A stretch of DNA of 64,000 bases from Candidatus Zipacnadia bacterium (GCA_029820295.1 JALGVA010000003.1:4161-68160); one strand, 5' to 3'; shown: positions 26,871 to 37,111, counted from the first letter of the stretch. Numbers and translations: made by a program. Notes: generated from the letters alone by a model not told the origin.

Positions 26871-28067
26871 TCAGTCGGCCTCGGCCAGCGCCTCGGCGAT
26901 GATCGCCACCGCGCGCTCGCACTGCTCCGCGGTGATGGTCAGGGGGGGCGCCAGCCGCAGTACATCCGGCCCCAGCGCATTGATGACCAGGCCCCGCTCC
27001 ATGCAGCCCGAGACCACCGACTTCGCGAACTCCCCGCCGAGCTTCACGCCCAGCAGCAGGCCCTTGCCCCGGATGTGATCGACACGATCGCTCTCTCGCG
27101 CCATGTCGCTGAAGCGCCGGATCAGCAGCTCGCCCATGGCCCGGGCGTTGTCGAGCAGGCCCTCATCCTCGATGATGGCCAGCGTCTCCACCGCGGCCGC
27201 GCAGGCGAGGTGATTGCCACCGAAGGTCGAGGCATGATCGCCCGGCTCGAAGGCCATGGCGACGTCGTCGGCCGCGAGGCAGGCGCCGATGGGGAAGCCG
27301 CCGCCGAGCGACTTGGCCAGCGTCATGATGTCTGGCGCGATGCCGTAGTGCTCGTAACCGAACCATGTCCCCGTCCGACCCAGGCCGGTCTGCACCTCGT
27401 CGAGGATCAGGAGGATGCCGTGGTCATCGCACAGCCGGCGCACGCCGGGCAGGTAGTCATCGGGGGGGACGTTGATGCCGCCCTCGCCCTGGATGGGCTC
27501 GAGCATGACCGCGCAGACGGTCTCGTCCAAGGCCGCCTCGAGCGCGGCCAGGTCACCGAAGGGCACGTAGCTGAAGCCCGGCGGCAGCGGCGCAAAGGGC
27601 CTGTGGTACTTCTCCTGTCCGGTGGCGGTAGCAGTTGTCAGCGTGCGGCCGTGGAAGGACTTCAGGGCGGTGATGATGCTGCGCTGCCCCGGGGCCAGGT
27701 GCTGTCCGGCCCACTTGCGCGCGAGCTTGATGGCCGCCTCATTCGCCTCGGCGCCTGAGTTGCACACGAATGTCCGGTCGGCGAAGGACAGCTCCGCCAG
27801 GCGCCGGGCAAGCCGCACCTGCGGCTCGATCAGGAACAGGTTCGAGGTGTGCATGATGCGCCGGGCCTGTCCGCATATCGCCTGCACCAGGCGCGGGTGA
27901 GCATAACCCACGCCGCTCACCGCGATCCCGGCGAGGAAGTCGAGGTACTCGTTCCCGTCGGCGTCGTAGAGCATGGCGCCTTCGCCGCGCACGAAGGCCA
28001 CCCGCGGCAGGGCGTAGGTGGGCATGAGGTACTGTGCGGCAAGCTCCGCGATCTCCTGGTTGGTCAT
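26871..28067 (-). CDS. argD: acetylornithine aminotransferase (class III PLP aminotransferase)
   Basis: class III aminotransferase motifs (LDEVQTGLGRTG, TLAKSLGGG); within argCJBD operon. Confidence 0.85.
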   Translation of the reverse strand: MTNQEIAELAAQYLMPTYALPRVAFVRGEGAMLYDADGNEYLDFLAGIAVSGVGYAHPRLVQAICGQARRIMHTSNLFLIEPQVRLARRLAELSFADRTFVCNSGAEANEAAIKLARKWAGQHLAPGQRSIITALKSFHGRTLTTATATGQEKYHRPFAPLPPGFSYVPFGDLAALEAALDETVCAVMLEPIQGEGGINVPPDDYLPGVRRLCDDHGILLILDEVQTGLGRTGTWFGYEHYGIAPDIMTLAKSLGGGFPIGACLAADDVAMAFEPGDHASTFGGNHLACAAAVETLAIIEDEGLLDNARAMGELLIRRFSDMARESDRVDHIRGKGLLLGVKLGGEFAKSVVSGCMERGLVINALGPDVLRLAPPLTITAEQCERAVAIIAEALAEAD

Positions 28068-28106
28068 CGCACTTCTCCTCCCGGGTGCGTGATCGTTCGC
28101 GTTGCG

Positions 28107-28982
28107 TCAGTCCGGCCGCACCATGGTGCCGATGCCGGACTCCGAGAACAACTCGACCAGCAGTGAATGCGGCCGCGAACCGTCGATCATGTGCGCGCGC
28201 TGTACGCCGCCCTCGACGGCCGTGATGCAGCTCTGCAGCTTGGGGATCATGCCCGAACCGACCGCGTCGGACCCCAGCATCTGCCGGGCCTCGGACAGCG
28301 ACAGCTCGCTGATGAGCGTGGACGCGTCGTCCCGGTCGCGCAGCAGGCCGGGCACATCGCTGAGCGTCACCAGCTTGGTCGCCTTCAGCGCCACCGCCAG
28401 CGAGCCGGCGACGAGGTCGGCGTTGATGTTGAGCGGGCCGCCGTTCTCGGCCATCCCGATCGGCGACAGCACCGGGATGTGCCCGGCGGCGATCAGGTCA
28501 TGGATCAGCCGGGGGCGGATGTCGGTCACCTCGCCGACGTGGCCCAGGTCGGCGCCGCCGGGGCCCTCGATACGGCGGGCGCCCAGCGTGCAGCCGTCGC
28601 GGCCGGAGATGGCCACCGCCGAGACGCCGGCCGCCTGCACGTGTGCGGCGAGGTCCTGGCCGATCGAGCCGACCAGCACCATCTCAGCGATCTCCATGGT
28701 GGCGTCATCGGTCACGCGCAGGCCCTCGACGAAGCGCGGCTCGAGGCCCAGGCGGCCCATCATCTCCGAGATCTTGGGCCCGCCGCCGTGCACGATCACC
28801 GGCCTGAGGCCGACGAAGTGCAGCAGCGCCACGTCGGTGCACACGCTGCGCTTGCGCTGCTCGTCGGTCATCGCGGCGCCGCCGTACTTCACGACCACGG
28901 TGGCGCCGCGGAAGCTGCGGATGTAGGGAAGCGCCTCGATCAGCACCTCCGCCCGGAACGCGGTGTCATTGCCGGCGCTCAT
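28107..28982 (-). CDS. argB: acetylglutamate kinase
   Basis: VVVKYGGAAM amino-acid-kinase N-terminus, 291 aa. Confidence 0.9.
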   Translation of the reverse strand: MSAGNDTAFRAEVLIEALPYIRSFRGATVVVKYGGAAMTDEQRKRSVCTDVALLHFVGLRPVIVHGGGPKISEMMGRLGLEPRFVEGLRVTDDATMEIAEMVLVGSIGQDLAAHVQAAGVSAVAISGRDGCTLGARRIEGPGGADLGHVGEVTDIRPRLIHDLIAAGHIPVLSPIGMAENGGPLNINADLVAGSLAVALKATKLVTLSDVPGLLRDRDDASTLISELSLSEARQMLGSDAVGSGMIPKLQSCITAVEGGVQRAHMIDGSRPHSLLVELFSESGIGTMVRPD

Positions 28983-28995
28983 CGCCTCGGATCCC

Positions 28996-30204
28996 TCACT
29001 TGGCGTTCAGTTCGACATACTCGGGCGTCAGGTCGCAGCTCCAGCACACGGCTTCGGCGTCGCCGGCGGCCAGGTCGATCTCGATGACGATCTCATCGAC
29101 GGCCATCACGGCGTCGGCCTCGTCCTGGTCGTACTCGACCGGCTCGCCGGCTGCGAAGGCCGTGATGCCGCCGATGGCGATCGAGACGCCGGCGGGGTCG
29201 ATGTCAGCGCCGGAGGCGCCGATGGCGGCGGCGATGCGACCCCAGTTGAAGTCGCCGCCCCAGATGCAGGTCCGCACGAGGTTGTACCGCGTGACCGCAC
29301 GGCCGACGGTGTGCGCCTCGTCCCAGCTTCGGGCGCCGCTCACCCGCACCTCGAGGAACCTGCTGGCGCCCTCGCCATCGCGGGCGATCTTCTTCGCCAG
29401 GTCTCGCGTCACGAAGTCGAGCGCCTCGCAGAACACCGTGAAGCGGTGCATCTCCTCATCATCGATCAGCTCGTTGCCCGCCTCGCCGTTGGCGAGGGCG
29501 ATCACGGTATCGTTGGTGCTCATGTCGCCGTCGACTGAGATGCAGTTGAAGGATTTGCTGACGGCGGCGCCCAGCGCCTGCCGCAGCAGCTCGGGCGTGA
29601 TGGCGACGTCGGTGGCGATGAAGCACAGCATTGTCGCCATGTTCGGGCAGATCATCCCGGCGCCCTTGGCGATGGCGCCGATGCGTCCGCGCTTGCCGCC
29701 CGCCTCGAACTGTACCGCGCATTCCTTGGGCACGGTGTCGGTGGTCATGATCGCCTGTGCGGCCTCGGGCGCGCAGTCGCGGTTCAGGCTCCGGCATAGC
29801 TCCGGGATCGCGGCCTCGATGCGTTCCATGGGCAACTGCACGCCGATGCGCCCGGTCGAGCAGACCAGCACCTCATCGACGGGCACCTGCGCGGTGATCG
29901 CCGTCAGCTCGGCCATGCGGCGGGCGTTGGCCATGCCCTGCTCACCGGTGGCCGCGTTGGCGTTGCCGGAGTTGGCGACGATGGTGCGCGCATGGCCATT
30001 CGCCACATGGTTCTCGGTCACGTACGTGGGCGCGGCGCGGAAGGTGTTGGTGGTGATGGTGGCCGCGGCGCAGGCGGGCGTGCGCGAGTGCAGCAGCAGC
30101 ATGTCCGGCCCCTTCGGCTTGATACCCGCCTCCGCGGTCGATGCCACGAAGCCATCGGCCACGAGCAAGCCGCCCTCAATCTCATGGAAGCTCTTCTCAG
30201 CCAT
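28996..30204 (-). CDS. argJ: bifunctional ornithine acetyltransferase / N-acetylglutamate synthase
   Basis: ArgJ autoproteolysis region ATMLCFIATD and overall 402 aa architecture. Confidence 0.9.
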   Translation of the reverse strand: MAEKSFHEIEGGLLVADGFVASTAEAGIKPKGPDMLLLHSRTPACAAATITTNTFRAAPTYVTENHVANGHARTIVANSGNANAATGEQGMANARRMAELTAITAQVPVDEVLVCSTGRIGVQLPMERIEAAIPELCRSLNRDCAPEAAQAIMTTDTVPKECAVQFEAGGKRGRIGAIAKGAGMICPNMATMLCFIATDVAITPELLRQALGAAVSKSFNCISVDGDMSTNDTVIALANGEAGNELIDDEEMHRFTVFCEALDFVTRDLAKKIARDGEGASRFLEVRVSGARSWDEAHTVGRAVTRYNLVRTCIWGGDFNWGRIAAAIGASGADIDPAGVSIAIGGITAFAAGEPVEYDQDEADAVMAVDEIVIEIDLAAGDAEAVCWSCDLTPEYVELNAK

Positions 30205-30243
30205 CTCGATCCCTCACTCACTCTCGGCCGGGAGCACTCGCTC

Positions 30244-30303
30244 CGTCGTTGCCGTCTTCCGTTGCCTTCGCCGCCGTTGCCCTTCCCCGGTCGCCGGTTT
30301 CCA
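30244..30303. repeat. degenerate tandem heptanucleotide repeat element (CGTTGCC-like x about 8), copy 3
   Basis: cgtcgttgccgtcttccgttgccttcgccgccgttgcccttccccggtcgccggtttccag in the argC-argJ intergenic spacer. Confidence 0.45.
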
Positions 30304-30308
30304 GTCCC

Positions 30309-31343
30309 TCACGGCCACACCGCATACGTCGTCAACGCCGTTTCCTCGGGCACCCCGAGCATCAGGTTCATGCACTGTACCGCCGCCCCCGACAGGCCCT
30401 TGACGAGGTTGTCGATCGCCGAGACCGCGATCAGCCGCCCGGCGTCCGCGTCGATCGCCAGGCCGATGTCGCAGAAGTTCGAGCCCGTGACCTGCTTGGT
30501 CGCGGGCAGCTTCCCGGCGTCGTGGATGCGCACGAAGCGCTCACCCGTGTAGAACTCGCGATAGAGCGCGACCGCCTCGTCCACGCTGACCTCGCGCGTG
30601 AGCGTGCCGTAGCAGGTGCTCAGGATCCCGCGGTTCATTGGGATCAGATGCGGCGTGAAGGTCAGCGTAACCGGCGCGCCCAGCAGCGACAGCTCCTGCA
30701 CCATCTCAGGCGTGTGGCGATGCTGCGCGACCTTGTAGGCCGCGACCGATTCGTTGCACTCGGTGAAATGCGTGGTCAGCGACAGGCTGCGCCCGGCGCC
30801 CGAGACGCCCGACTTGCTATCCACGATCAGGCCATCAGGCTCGATGAGTCCCTCCGCACAGGCGGGCGCCAGCGCCAGGATGGCGCCGGTCGGGTAGCAG
30901 CCCGGCACCGCCGCCAGGCGCGTCCCGGTGATCTCCTCGCGGTGCAGCTCAGGGAGACCGTAGACGGCCTGCTCGAGCAGCTCCGGGTGCGGGTGCGGTT
31001 CGTAGTAGCGCTCGTAGTCGGCCAGGTTCTTGAGCCGGCAGTCGGCCGAGAAGTCGATGACCTGCTTGCCGAGCGCCAGCGCCTCCGCCACCAGGGCGGC
31101 GCCGACCGCGTGGGGCAGGGCGAAGAACATGACGTCCACGCCCTCAGCCACGGCGGCGACGTCGATCTTCCCCACCGTCAGATCGATAGCCCCGGCCAGG
31201 TGCGGGTAGAAGTCGGCCAGATTCTCGCCGACCGTGGTGTGTCCGCCGACGTAGCCGATCTCCACCTCGGGGTGGGCGAGCAGAATGCGGACCAGCTCGA
31301 TCCCCCCGTAGCCGGTGGCGCCGAAGACCGCGACCCGTGTCAC
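30309..31343 (-). CDS. argC: N-acetyl-gamma-glutamyl-phosphate reductase
   Basis: VAVFGATGYGG Rossmann start and GCYPT catalytic Cys motif; start set at GTG (VTRVAVFG) with GGGAG upstream; ORF track gives a 50-aa longer N-terminus. Confidence 0.85.
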   Translation of the reverse strand: MTRVAVFGATGYGGIELVRILLAHPEVEIGYVGGHTTVGENLADFYPHLAGAIDLTVGKIDVAAVAEGVDVMFFALPHAVGAALVAEALALGKQVIDFSADCRLKNLADYERYYEPHPHPELLEQAVYGLPELHREEITGTRLAAVPGCYPTGAILALAPACAEGLIEPDGLIVDSKSGVSGAGRSLSLTTHFTECNESVAAYKVAQHRHTPEMVQELSLLGAPVTLTFTPHLIPMNRGILSTCYGTLTREVSVDEAVALYREFYTGERFVRIHDAGKLPATKQVTGSNFCDIGLAIDADAGRLIAVSAIDNLVKGLSGAAVQCMNLMLGVPEETALTTYAVWP

Positions 31344-31699
31344 GCCGATGCACTCCCTCGGAACACCGTGTTGCGCCGTGTGCAGGTACGACGAAAGCCG
31401 CCCCGTCGTCGGGCGGCACGGAAAGATGCCTTGCTGGAGCGGGTGCGTCCAGATGTGACCTACCGCCTGGCGCGAGGCCCCGGGAGGGTCGGCCACAACT
31501 GGTTGCCGATGGTAGGCATCAGCCGGCTCCGTACGAACCTGTGGTGAGGCGACAGCGTCAGCACTATATCACAAGCCTGCAGGGCGGTCAAGAAAGGCCG
31601 CAGGCGGGTGTCGGCACGGGTTGACACCTGCCTGCGCTCACGGATATGATTCCCTCCTACCACTACCTGAGGCCGACCGGAGCACATGGAATCGCAGCC

Positions 31700-33652
31700 A
31701 TGAAGCCAGCACGGATCTTCGTCACAGCCATATGCCTCGCGGCCTTGACCGTCTCCGCCGCCCATGCGGGTAAGGTCTATCCCGCGTGGGTGATCCCCGA
31801 GACGCTCAACGTACGCTCGGGCCCCGGCACCGACCGTGACCTCATCGGTAGCCTCACCCGCGGGACCAAGGTCTACGTCACCGCCTTCGCCGACAACTGG
31901 TGCTGGGCGAAGCTGCCCGACGGCAGTTGGGGCTGGATCGCCGAGTGGCTGCTGCAGTTCTCGGCGGACAGGGGCAGGCAGCTCGCCGAGGAGGCCGGCC
32001 AGGCTCCCCGATCGTCGTCCTCGTCCGGCTCCGGCGTCCCGCCCGCATGGGTGAGCGCCGAGGGCAACGTCAACGTGCGCAGCGGGCCCGGCACCCACTA
32101 CGACAGCCGCGGGCAGATCGGGCGGGGCACCAAGGTCTACATCGTCGGCGAGGAGCGCGGGTGGCTGAAGTGCCGCACCCCGGGCGGCTACGGGTGGATC
32201 CGGGCCGACCTGCTCGAGCGTGACGTCGAGCGCGGGCGCCGGCTTGCGGCCGGCATCACCAGCCCGCATACCACCGAATCGACGCAGATGGGGACGGCCA
32301 AGGCCTATGTGAACGGAGACGGCGTCCGTCTGCGCTCGGGACCGGCGACCAGCTACCGCATCAAGGCCAGTCTGGTCTCCGGCCAGGTGCTCTATGTCAC
32401 CGAGCGGCGTGGCGAGTGGCTGCACTGCCAGGTGCATGGCGGCCAGGACGGCTGGATCCACTCCAGCCTGGTCAAGTTCGAGGAGGGCTCGGACACACCG
32501 GGGTCGAGCGGCTCGTGCGGCACCGCCAAGGGCTACGTGAACGGCGATGTCGTGCATCTGCGCGCCGGGCCGAGCCTGAACGAGCGTATCAAGGCGCGAG
32601 TCGTGCGCGGGCAGGTGCTTTACATTACCGAGCGCCGGGGCGACTGGTGCCACGTCACCGTCCACGGCGGCGAGGAGGGCTGGATTCACGTCAGCCTGGT
32701 CAAGCTGGAGGGCACCGACTCGCCGGGTAGCGCGACCGCGACGGCCCCGCCCGCCTCGGCGACAGCGACGTCGGGCACGTCGATGCAGCCGATCCCGGCG
32801 TGGATTGGCGAAGACGTGGTCAACGTGCGCTACGGCCCCGGCACCGACCACGACATCAGGTTCAAGCTCAGCGCGGGCGCAGCGGTCGAGGTGCTCGAGC
32901 TGAGGGGCCATTGGTGCAAGATCCGCGACAGTGAGGGCAACGTCGGCTGGGTCGCCGGCTGGGTAATGAACTTCAAGGGCCCCGGCGAGGACCCGACCGC
33001 GCGCGAGGGCGATGAGGAGGTGCCTGTGCGCACGGCCTGGGTGGCGCGCCCGGAGGTTAACGTGCGCTCGGGGCCCGGGACCAGCTACGATGAGGTGGCC
33101 GAGGCGGTGCTGGGGACGGAAGTCATCATCCTCGACCGCGACGGCGACTGGTACAAGGTGGCGCTGGACAACGGCACCACCGGCTACATGGCGAGCTGGC
33201 TGCTCGACACGCGGGCCCAGCGACGCGTGCGCCAGGAGGGCAGCGTCCCGAGCGGAGCGCCGCCCACGCCCGCCTCGACGAGCTTCGGGCGCGCGGTCGT
33301 GGACACGGCCATGAACTACCTCGGATACTCCTACTGCCGGGGCACCGCCGGCCCGAACACCTTCGACTGCTCGGGCTTCGTGCACTACGTGCTCGGCAGG
33401 CACGGTGTGAGCGTGTCGCGCAGCAGCCGCACACAGTTCCGCGAGGGCACCCCGGTCTCCCGCGAGGACTTGCAGATCGGGGATGTCGTCTTCTTCAAGA
33501 ATACCTACCGCAGCGGCATCTCGCATGTGGGCATCTACATCGGGAACGGCCAGTTCATCCACGCCTCCAACAGCCGCGGCGGCGTCAAGATCAGTGATCT
33601 CGACTCCGACTACTACCGCCCGCGCTGGGCCGGCGCCCGGCGCATGCACTGA
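31700..33652 (+). CDS. cell-wall hydrolase: signal peptide, six SH3b (bacterial SH3) domains, C-terminal NlpC/P60 peptidase
   Basis: repeated VNVRSGPGT..GxxVxV...W modules x6; C-terminal DCSGFVHYVL...SHVGIYIG (Cys/His of NlpC/P60); start at MKPARIF. Confidence 0.8.
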   Translation: MKPARIFVTAICLAALTVSAAHAGKVYPAWVIPETLNVRSGPGTDRDLIGSLTRGTKVYVTAFADNWCWAKLPDGSWGWIAEWLLQFSADRGRQLAEEAGQAPRSSSSSGSGVPPAWVSAEGNVNVRSGPGTHYDSRGQIGRGTKVYIVGEERGWLKCRTPGGYGWIRADLLERDVERGRRLAAGITSPHTTESTQMGTAKAYVNGDGVRLRSGPATSYRIKASLVSGQVLYVTERRGEWLHCQVHGGQDGWIHSSLVKFEEGSDTPGSSGSCGTAKGYVNGDVVHLRAGPSLNERIKARVVRGQVLYITERRGDWCHVTVHGGEEGWIHVSLVKLEGTDSPGSATATAPPASATATSGTSMQPIPAWIGEDVVNVRYGPGTDHDIRFKLSAGAAVEVLELRGHWCKIRDSEGNVGWVAGWVMNFKGPGEDPTAREGDEEVPVRTAWVARPEVNVRSGPGTSYDEVAEAVLGTEVIILDRDGDWYKVALDNGTTGYMASWLLDTRAQRRVRQEGSVPSGAPPTPASTSFGRAVVDTAMNYLGYSYCRGTAGPNTFDCSGFVHYVLGRHGVSVSRSSRTQFREGTPVSREDLQIGDVVFFKNTYRSGISHVGIYIGNGQFIHASNSRGGVKISDLDSDYYRPRWAGARRMH

Positions 33653-33678
33653 GGCCGCACCGGGAGGCCTGCGCCGCG

Positions 33679-34560
33679 ATGCAGCGCGCGAGGACGATGC
33701 TGCTCCTGAGCGCGATGGCAGCGACACTGCTGGTCATCGCGCCGGCCGGCTGCGGCCGCAAGACGCAGCCACCACCCACCATCCCTGAAGCGGAGATCGA
33801 GGCCCCGGTGCCCGAGCCGGCCGCGGAGGAAGCCGCCTCCGAGGAGGCACCGGCCGCGGAGTCCGTCGAGGATGAAGCTGAGCAGCCGGCCGCAGAGCCG
33901 GCCGACGCGCTCGCCGACGCCCAGGAGATCCCGAAGCAGCAGGCGCCGCCCCCCTCGTTCTGGGCGCGCATCTTCACCGCCATCAAGGTCGTCGCCATCT
34001 TCATCGGCAAGCTCCTGTTCGTGATCAGCATCCCGCTGGCCATCGCCGGGACGCTCTTCGGCCTGCCCGGCAGCGTCCTGGTCCTGGTCGCCGCCACGCT
34101 CTACTCGGCGCTGCACGGCTGGGCCAGCCCACCGTGGTGGGTGCTGATCGTCATCGCCGTCATCGCGCTGGCGGCTGAGCTGGCCGAGAACGCCCTCTCC
34201 TTCGTCGGCGTGAAGCAGTCGGGCGCCGGCAACACCACCGGGCTGTGGGTGCTCATCGGCGGCTTCATCGGCGCGGTGGTCGGCGGCATCATCGCGCCAG
34301 CGCTCGCGGCCATCGGCGCGCTTGCCGGCCCCATCGGCTGGGTGCTCCTGTCGATCATCCCACCCATCGGGCTGGGCATGCTGGGGGGATACCTCGGCGG
34401 CTACTACTACGAGCTGCGCCAGGGCAAGTCGCCGGAGGAGGCGCGCAACGCCGGCTGGGGCGCGCTGGCGGGGCGCCTCGCCGGCTCGCTGACCAAGGCC
34501 CTGCTGGTCGCGGTCATGGGCACGGTCGTCCTCATCGCGAGCTGGGGCACGCTGTTCTGA
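33679..34560 (+). CDS. lipoprotein with acidic A/E/P-rich linker and C-terminal DUF456-like polytopic membrane domain
   Basis: lipobox LLVIAPAGC; 90-aa E/A/P-rich segment; hydrophobic glycine-rich C-terminal 190 aa resembling DUF456. Confidence 0.6.
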   Translation: MQRARTMLLLSAMAATLLVIAPAGCGRKTQPPPTIPEAEIEAPVPEPAAEEAASEEAPAAESVEDEAEQPAAEPADALADAQEIPKQQAPPPSFWARIFTAIKVVAIFIGKLLFVISIPLAIAGTLFGLPGSVLVLVAATLYSALHGWASPPWWVLIVIAVIALAAELAENALSFVGVKQSGAGNTTGLWVLIGGFIGAVVGGIIAPALAAIGALAGPIGWVLLSIIPPIGLGMLGGYLGGYYYELRQGKSPEEARNAGWGALAGRLAGSLTKALLVAVMGTVVLIASWGTLF

Positions 34561-34632
34561 GAGGTCCTGCCGCGCCATGTGGCGAAGTCGCGAAGCCGTC
34601 GGGCCAGGGCCGCGCGACCGCTCGGGGTGAGC

Positions 34633-35772
34633 ATGGACCTCACGCAAGTTGCCTTCCAGGACGCCGCCACGCGCAGCTACCTCGGCAGTCCCAGCCTGAC
34701 GCGCATCCCGGCCGACGCGTCCCATTACCCCGGCGCCATCGTCGTCACCCACGACTACTTCGGCCCGGGCTGCCCGCGCAACCACGAGGACGAGGAGCAC
34801 CTCACCACCGTCCATCGCTCCCTCGACGACGGCCGCACCTGGCGGCCGGTCACCCACATTGCCAACGCCTTCTGGAGCAGTCTCTTCTGGCACCGCGGCG
34901 CGCTCTATCTGCTGGGCTGCTCGCAGCAGTACGGCTCGATCGTGATCCGCCGCTCCGACGACGGCGGCGACACCTGGACGCACCCGACGGACGCGGGCTG
35001 CGGCCTGCTCGCCCCCGGTGGACCGCGCCGCGAGCCCCCGAACTATCACTGCGCGCCGGTGCCGGTGCTGGAGCACGAGGGCCGGCTCCACCGCGCCTTC
35101 GAGGACTGCCACCCCTGCGTGTGGGGATCGGGCTTCCAGTCGCTGGTGATCTCCGCCGACGCAGATGCGGATCTGCTGTGCGCGGACTCGTGGACCATCA
35201 GCAACCGCATCCCGTTCGACCCGGCATGGGTGCCCGGCGGGTGGGGTGAGCTGGAGCGGCCCGGCTGGCTGGAGGGCAACCTGGTCGCTGCGCCCGACGG
35301 CCGGCTGCTCAACATCCTGCGCTTCAACTCCACGCCGAAGGTGGACCTTGCGGCGGTGGTGACGGTGCATGATGAGGGCCGGCGCATCGAGTTCGACCCG
35401 GAGGCCGGCTACATCCACTTCCCCGGCGGCATGACCAAGTTCGTCATCCGCCGCGACCCGGTCACCGGGCTCTACGTGACCCTCAGCAACAACAACACCG
35501 ATCCGTCGCGCGCCACCCAGCGCAACATCCTGTCGCTGCACGCCTCGGAGGACCTGGCGCACTGGCGGCATGTGCGCACGCTGCTGCGCGACGACCTGGC
35601 GCACTCGTGGGTGGACTCGGTGCGGCTGACAGGCTTCCAGTACCCGGACTGGCACTTCGATGGCGAGGACATCATCGCCGCGGTGCGCACCGCCTATCGC
35701 GGCGCGCACAACTTCCATGACGCCAACCGCATCACGTTCCATCGCATCGAGCGCTTCCGCGAGCTGCTCTGA
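34633..35772 (+). CDS. BNR/Asp-box repeat protein, sialidase-like (exo-alpha-sialidase/GH33-like fold)
   Basis: SDDGGDTW and SLDDGRTW Asp-box motifs; start at MDLTQVAF (alternative upstream ATG 34579). Confidence 0.65.
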   Translation: MDLTQVAFQDAATRSYLGSPSLTRIPADASHYPGAIVVTHDYFGPGCPRNHEDEEHLTTVHRSLDDGRTWRPVTHIANAFWSSLFWHRGALYLLGCSQQYGSIVIRRSDDGGDTWTHPTDAGCGLLAPGGPRREPPNYHCAPVPVLEHEGRLHRAFEDCHPCVWGSGFQSLVISADADADLLCADSWTISNRIPFDPAWVPGGWGELERPGWLEGNLVAAPDGRLLNILRFNSTPKVDLAAVVTVHDEGRRIEFDPEAGYIHFPGGMTKFVIRRDPVTGLYVTLSNNNTDPSRATQRNILSLHASEDLAHWRHVRTLLRDDLAHSWVDSVRLTGFQYPDWHFDGEDIIAAVRTAYRGAHNFHDANRITFHRIERFRELL

Positions 35773-35783
35773 CCGGCACAGGA

Positions 35784-36866
35784 GTGACCGTCATGCTTCG
35801 CATCGATGAGCCGTTCCATGGCGCTGTGCTCAGCCACCGCCACGGCGTGCAGGATGAGCGCGGCCTGACCATCCCGGTAACCGGCAGGGCGCCGCTGGAT
35901 CGGCGGGTGACCGTCAACGGCGTCGGGGCCGCGCGCGAGGGCGAGCGGTTCGCGGCGGAGGTGACCATCACCGAACGCGAGCAGGACGTCATCGCGGTCA
36001 TGGACGGCACGCTGGGACGCGTCGAACACACGGTGCGCGTCGTCTGGGACCGCGAGTCGCGCCCGCGCTGGCGCTTCAGCATTGACGACAACGTCTACTG
36101 GCTGCGCGACGTGGCGCGGCAGGGCTACGACTCGCTCTTCGACTGCTTCTACCTGGCGATGCTCAAGGACTTCAATGAGCGCTACGGGGCGAAATTCACA
36201 GTCAACATCTACTTCGAGGCCGAGGACGGCTGGCGGTTGACCGAGTTCCCGGACCGCTACCGCGGCGAGTTCGAGGACAGCGCCGACTGGCTGGTGCTCG
36301 CCTGCCACGCGTACGCCAATGAGCCCGACCGGCCCTACCAGTCCGCCCGGCCGGAGAAGCTCATCGCCGACATCCGGGCTGTGGACGAGCAGATCGTGCG
36401 CATCGCCGGAGAGGCGACGCTGGCGCCGCCGACAGTGATTCACTGGGGGATGGTGGTCCCCGCGGCGCTGCCGGCGCTCTACGAGTATGGAGTGCGGGTG
36501 CTCTCAGGCAGCTTCCGGCCCGGGCCAGGCGGGCGGGACGTAAACTACCGGCAGGACGAGGAGCGTTCGGAGTGGATCGCGCGCAACGAGGCTCTCAAGG
36601 ATTTCGAGAGCGGCATCGTCTTCAGCAACATCGATCTGTGCGGCAACACCATCGCTCTGGAGCGGATCGAGCCGGCGCTGGAGGCACTCGCCGGCGACCC
36701 GTGCACCGCGGAGATCATGGACCTGTTCACCCACGAGCAGTACTTCTGGCCGTTCTACCGCAACTACATCCCCGACCATGCCCAGCGCCTCGACACCATG
36801 ATCCGCTGGGTCACCGAACGCGGCTACGAGCCGGTGTTCTTCCACGAGGGCTTCCTCGGGATCTGA
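35784..36866 (+). CDS. hypothetical protein (possible polysaccharide deacetylase/NodB-like C-terminal domain)
   Basis: 360 aa with high-GC3 coding signal; FSIDDNVYWLRDV...HAY segment loosely NodB-like; no confident family. Confidence 0.5.
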   Translation: MTVMLRIDEPFHGAVLSHRHGVQDERGLTIPVTGRAPLDRRVTVNGVGAAREGERFAAEVTITEREQDVIAVMDGTLGRVEHTVRVVWDRESRPRWRFSIDDNVYWLRDVARQGYDSLFDCFYLAMLKDFNERYGAKFTVNIYFEAEDGWRLTEFPDRYRGEFEDSADWLVLACHAYANEPDRPYQSARPEKLIADIRAVDEQIVRIAGEATLAPPTVIHWGMVVPAALPALYEYGVRVLSGSFRPGPGGRDVNYRQDEERSEWIARNEALKDFESGIVFSNIDLCGNTIALERIEPALEALAGDPCTAEIMDLFTHEQYFWPFYRNYIPDHAQRLDTMIRWVTERGYEPVFFHEGFLGI

Positions 36867-37111
36867 GCCGGCTATGGCCGGCGCGCGCCCGACGCAGGTG
36901 CCAGGCGGCGTGGCCGGCGGCGAGACGGGCCGCCATCAGCGCCGGCGCGTCACCGAGGGAGCGCGCCAGGTCGCCGCAGCGTGCGGAGGAGGCCACGGAA
37001 TGGCCACTCCTGCCGCTGCGTTTTCGCGTGGCAGTGGTAGGCGACACGACCATCGCCACCCAAACGCATGAATCGACAAAAAAAAGAACAACGCAAGAGC
37101 ATACGCAGAGG

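Noticed and set aside
31460-35742. 755-aa and 709-aa minus-strand ORFs opposite the NlpC/P60, DUF456 and sialidase-like genes
   Set aside because: They are antisense shadows. The plus-strand genes carry SH3b repeats, an NlpC/P60 Cys/His motif, a lipobox and Asp-box motifs, whereas the minus-strand translations are featureless and R/G/A-rich.
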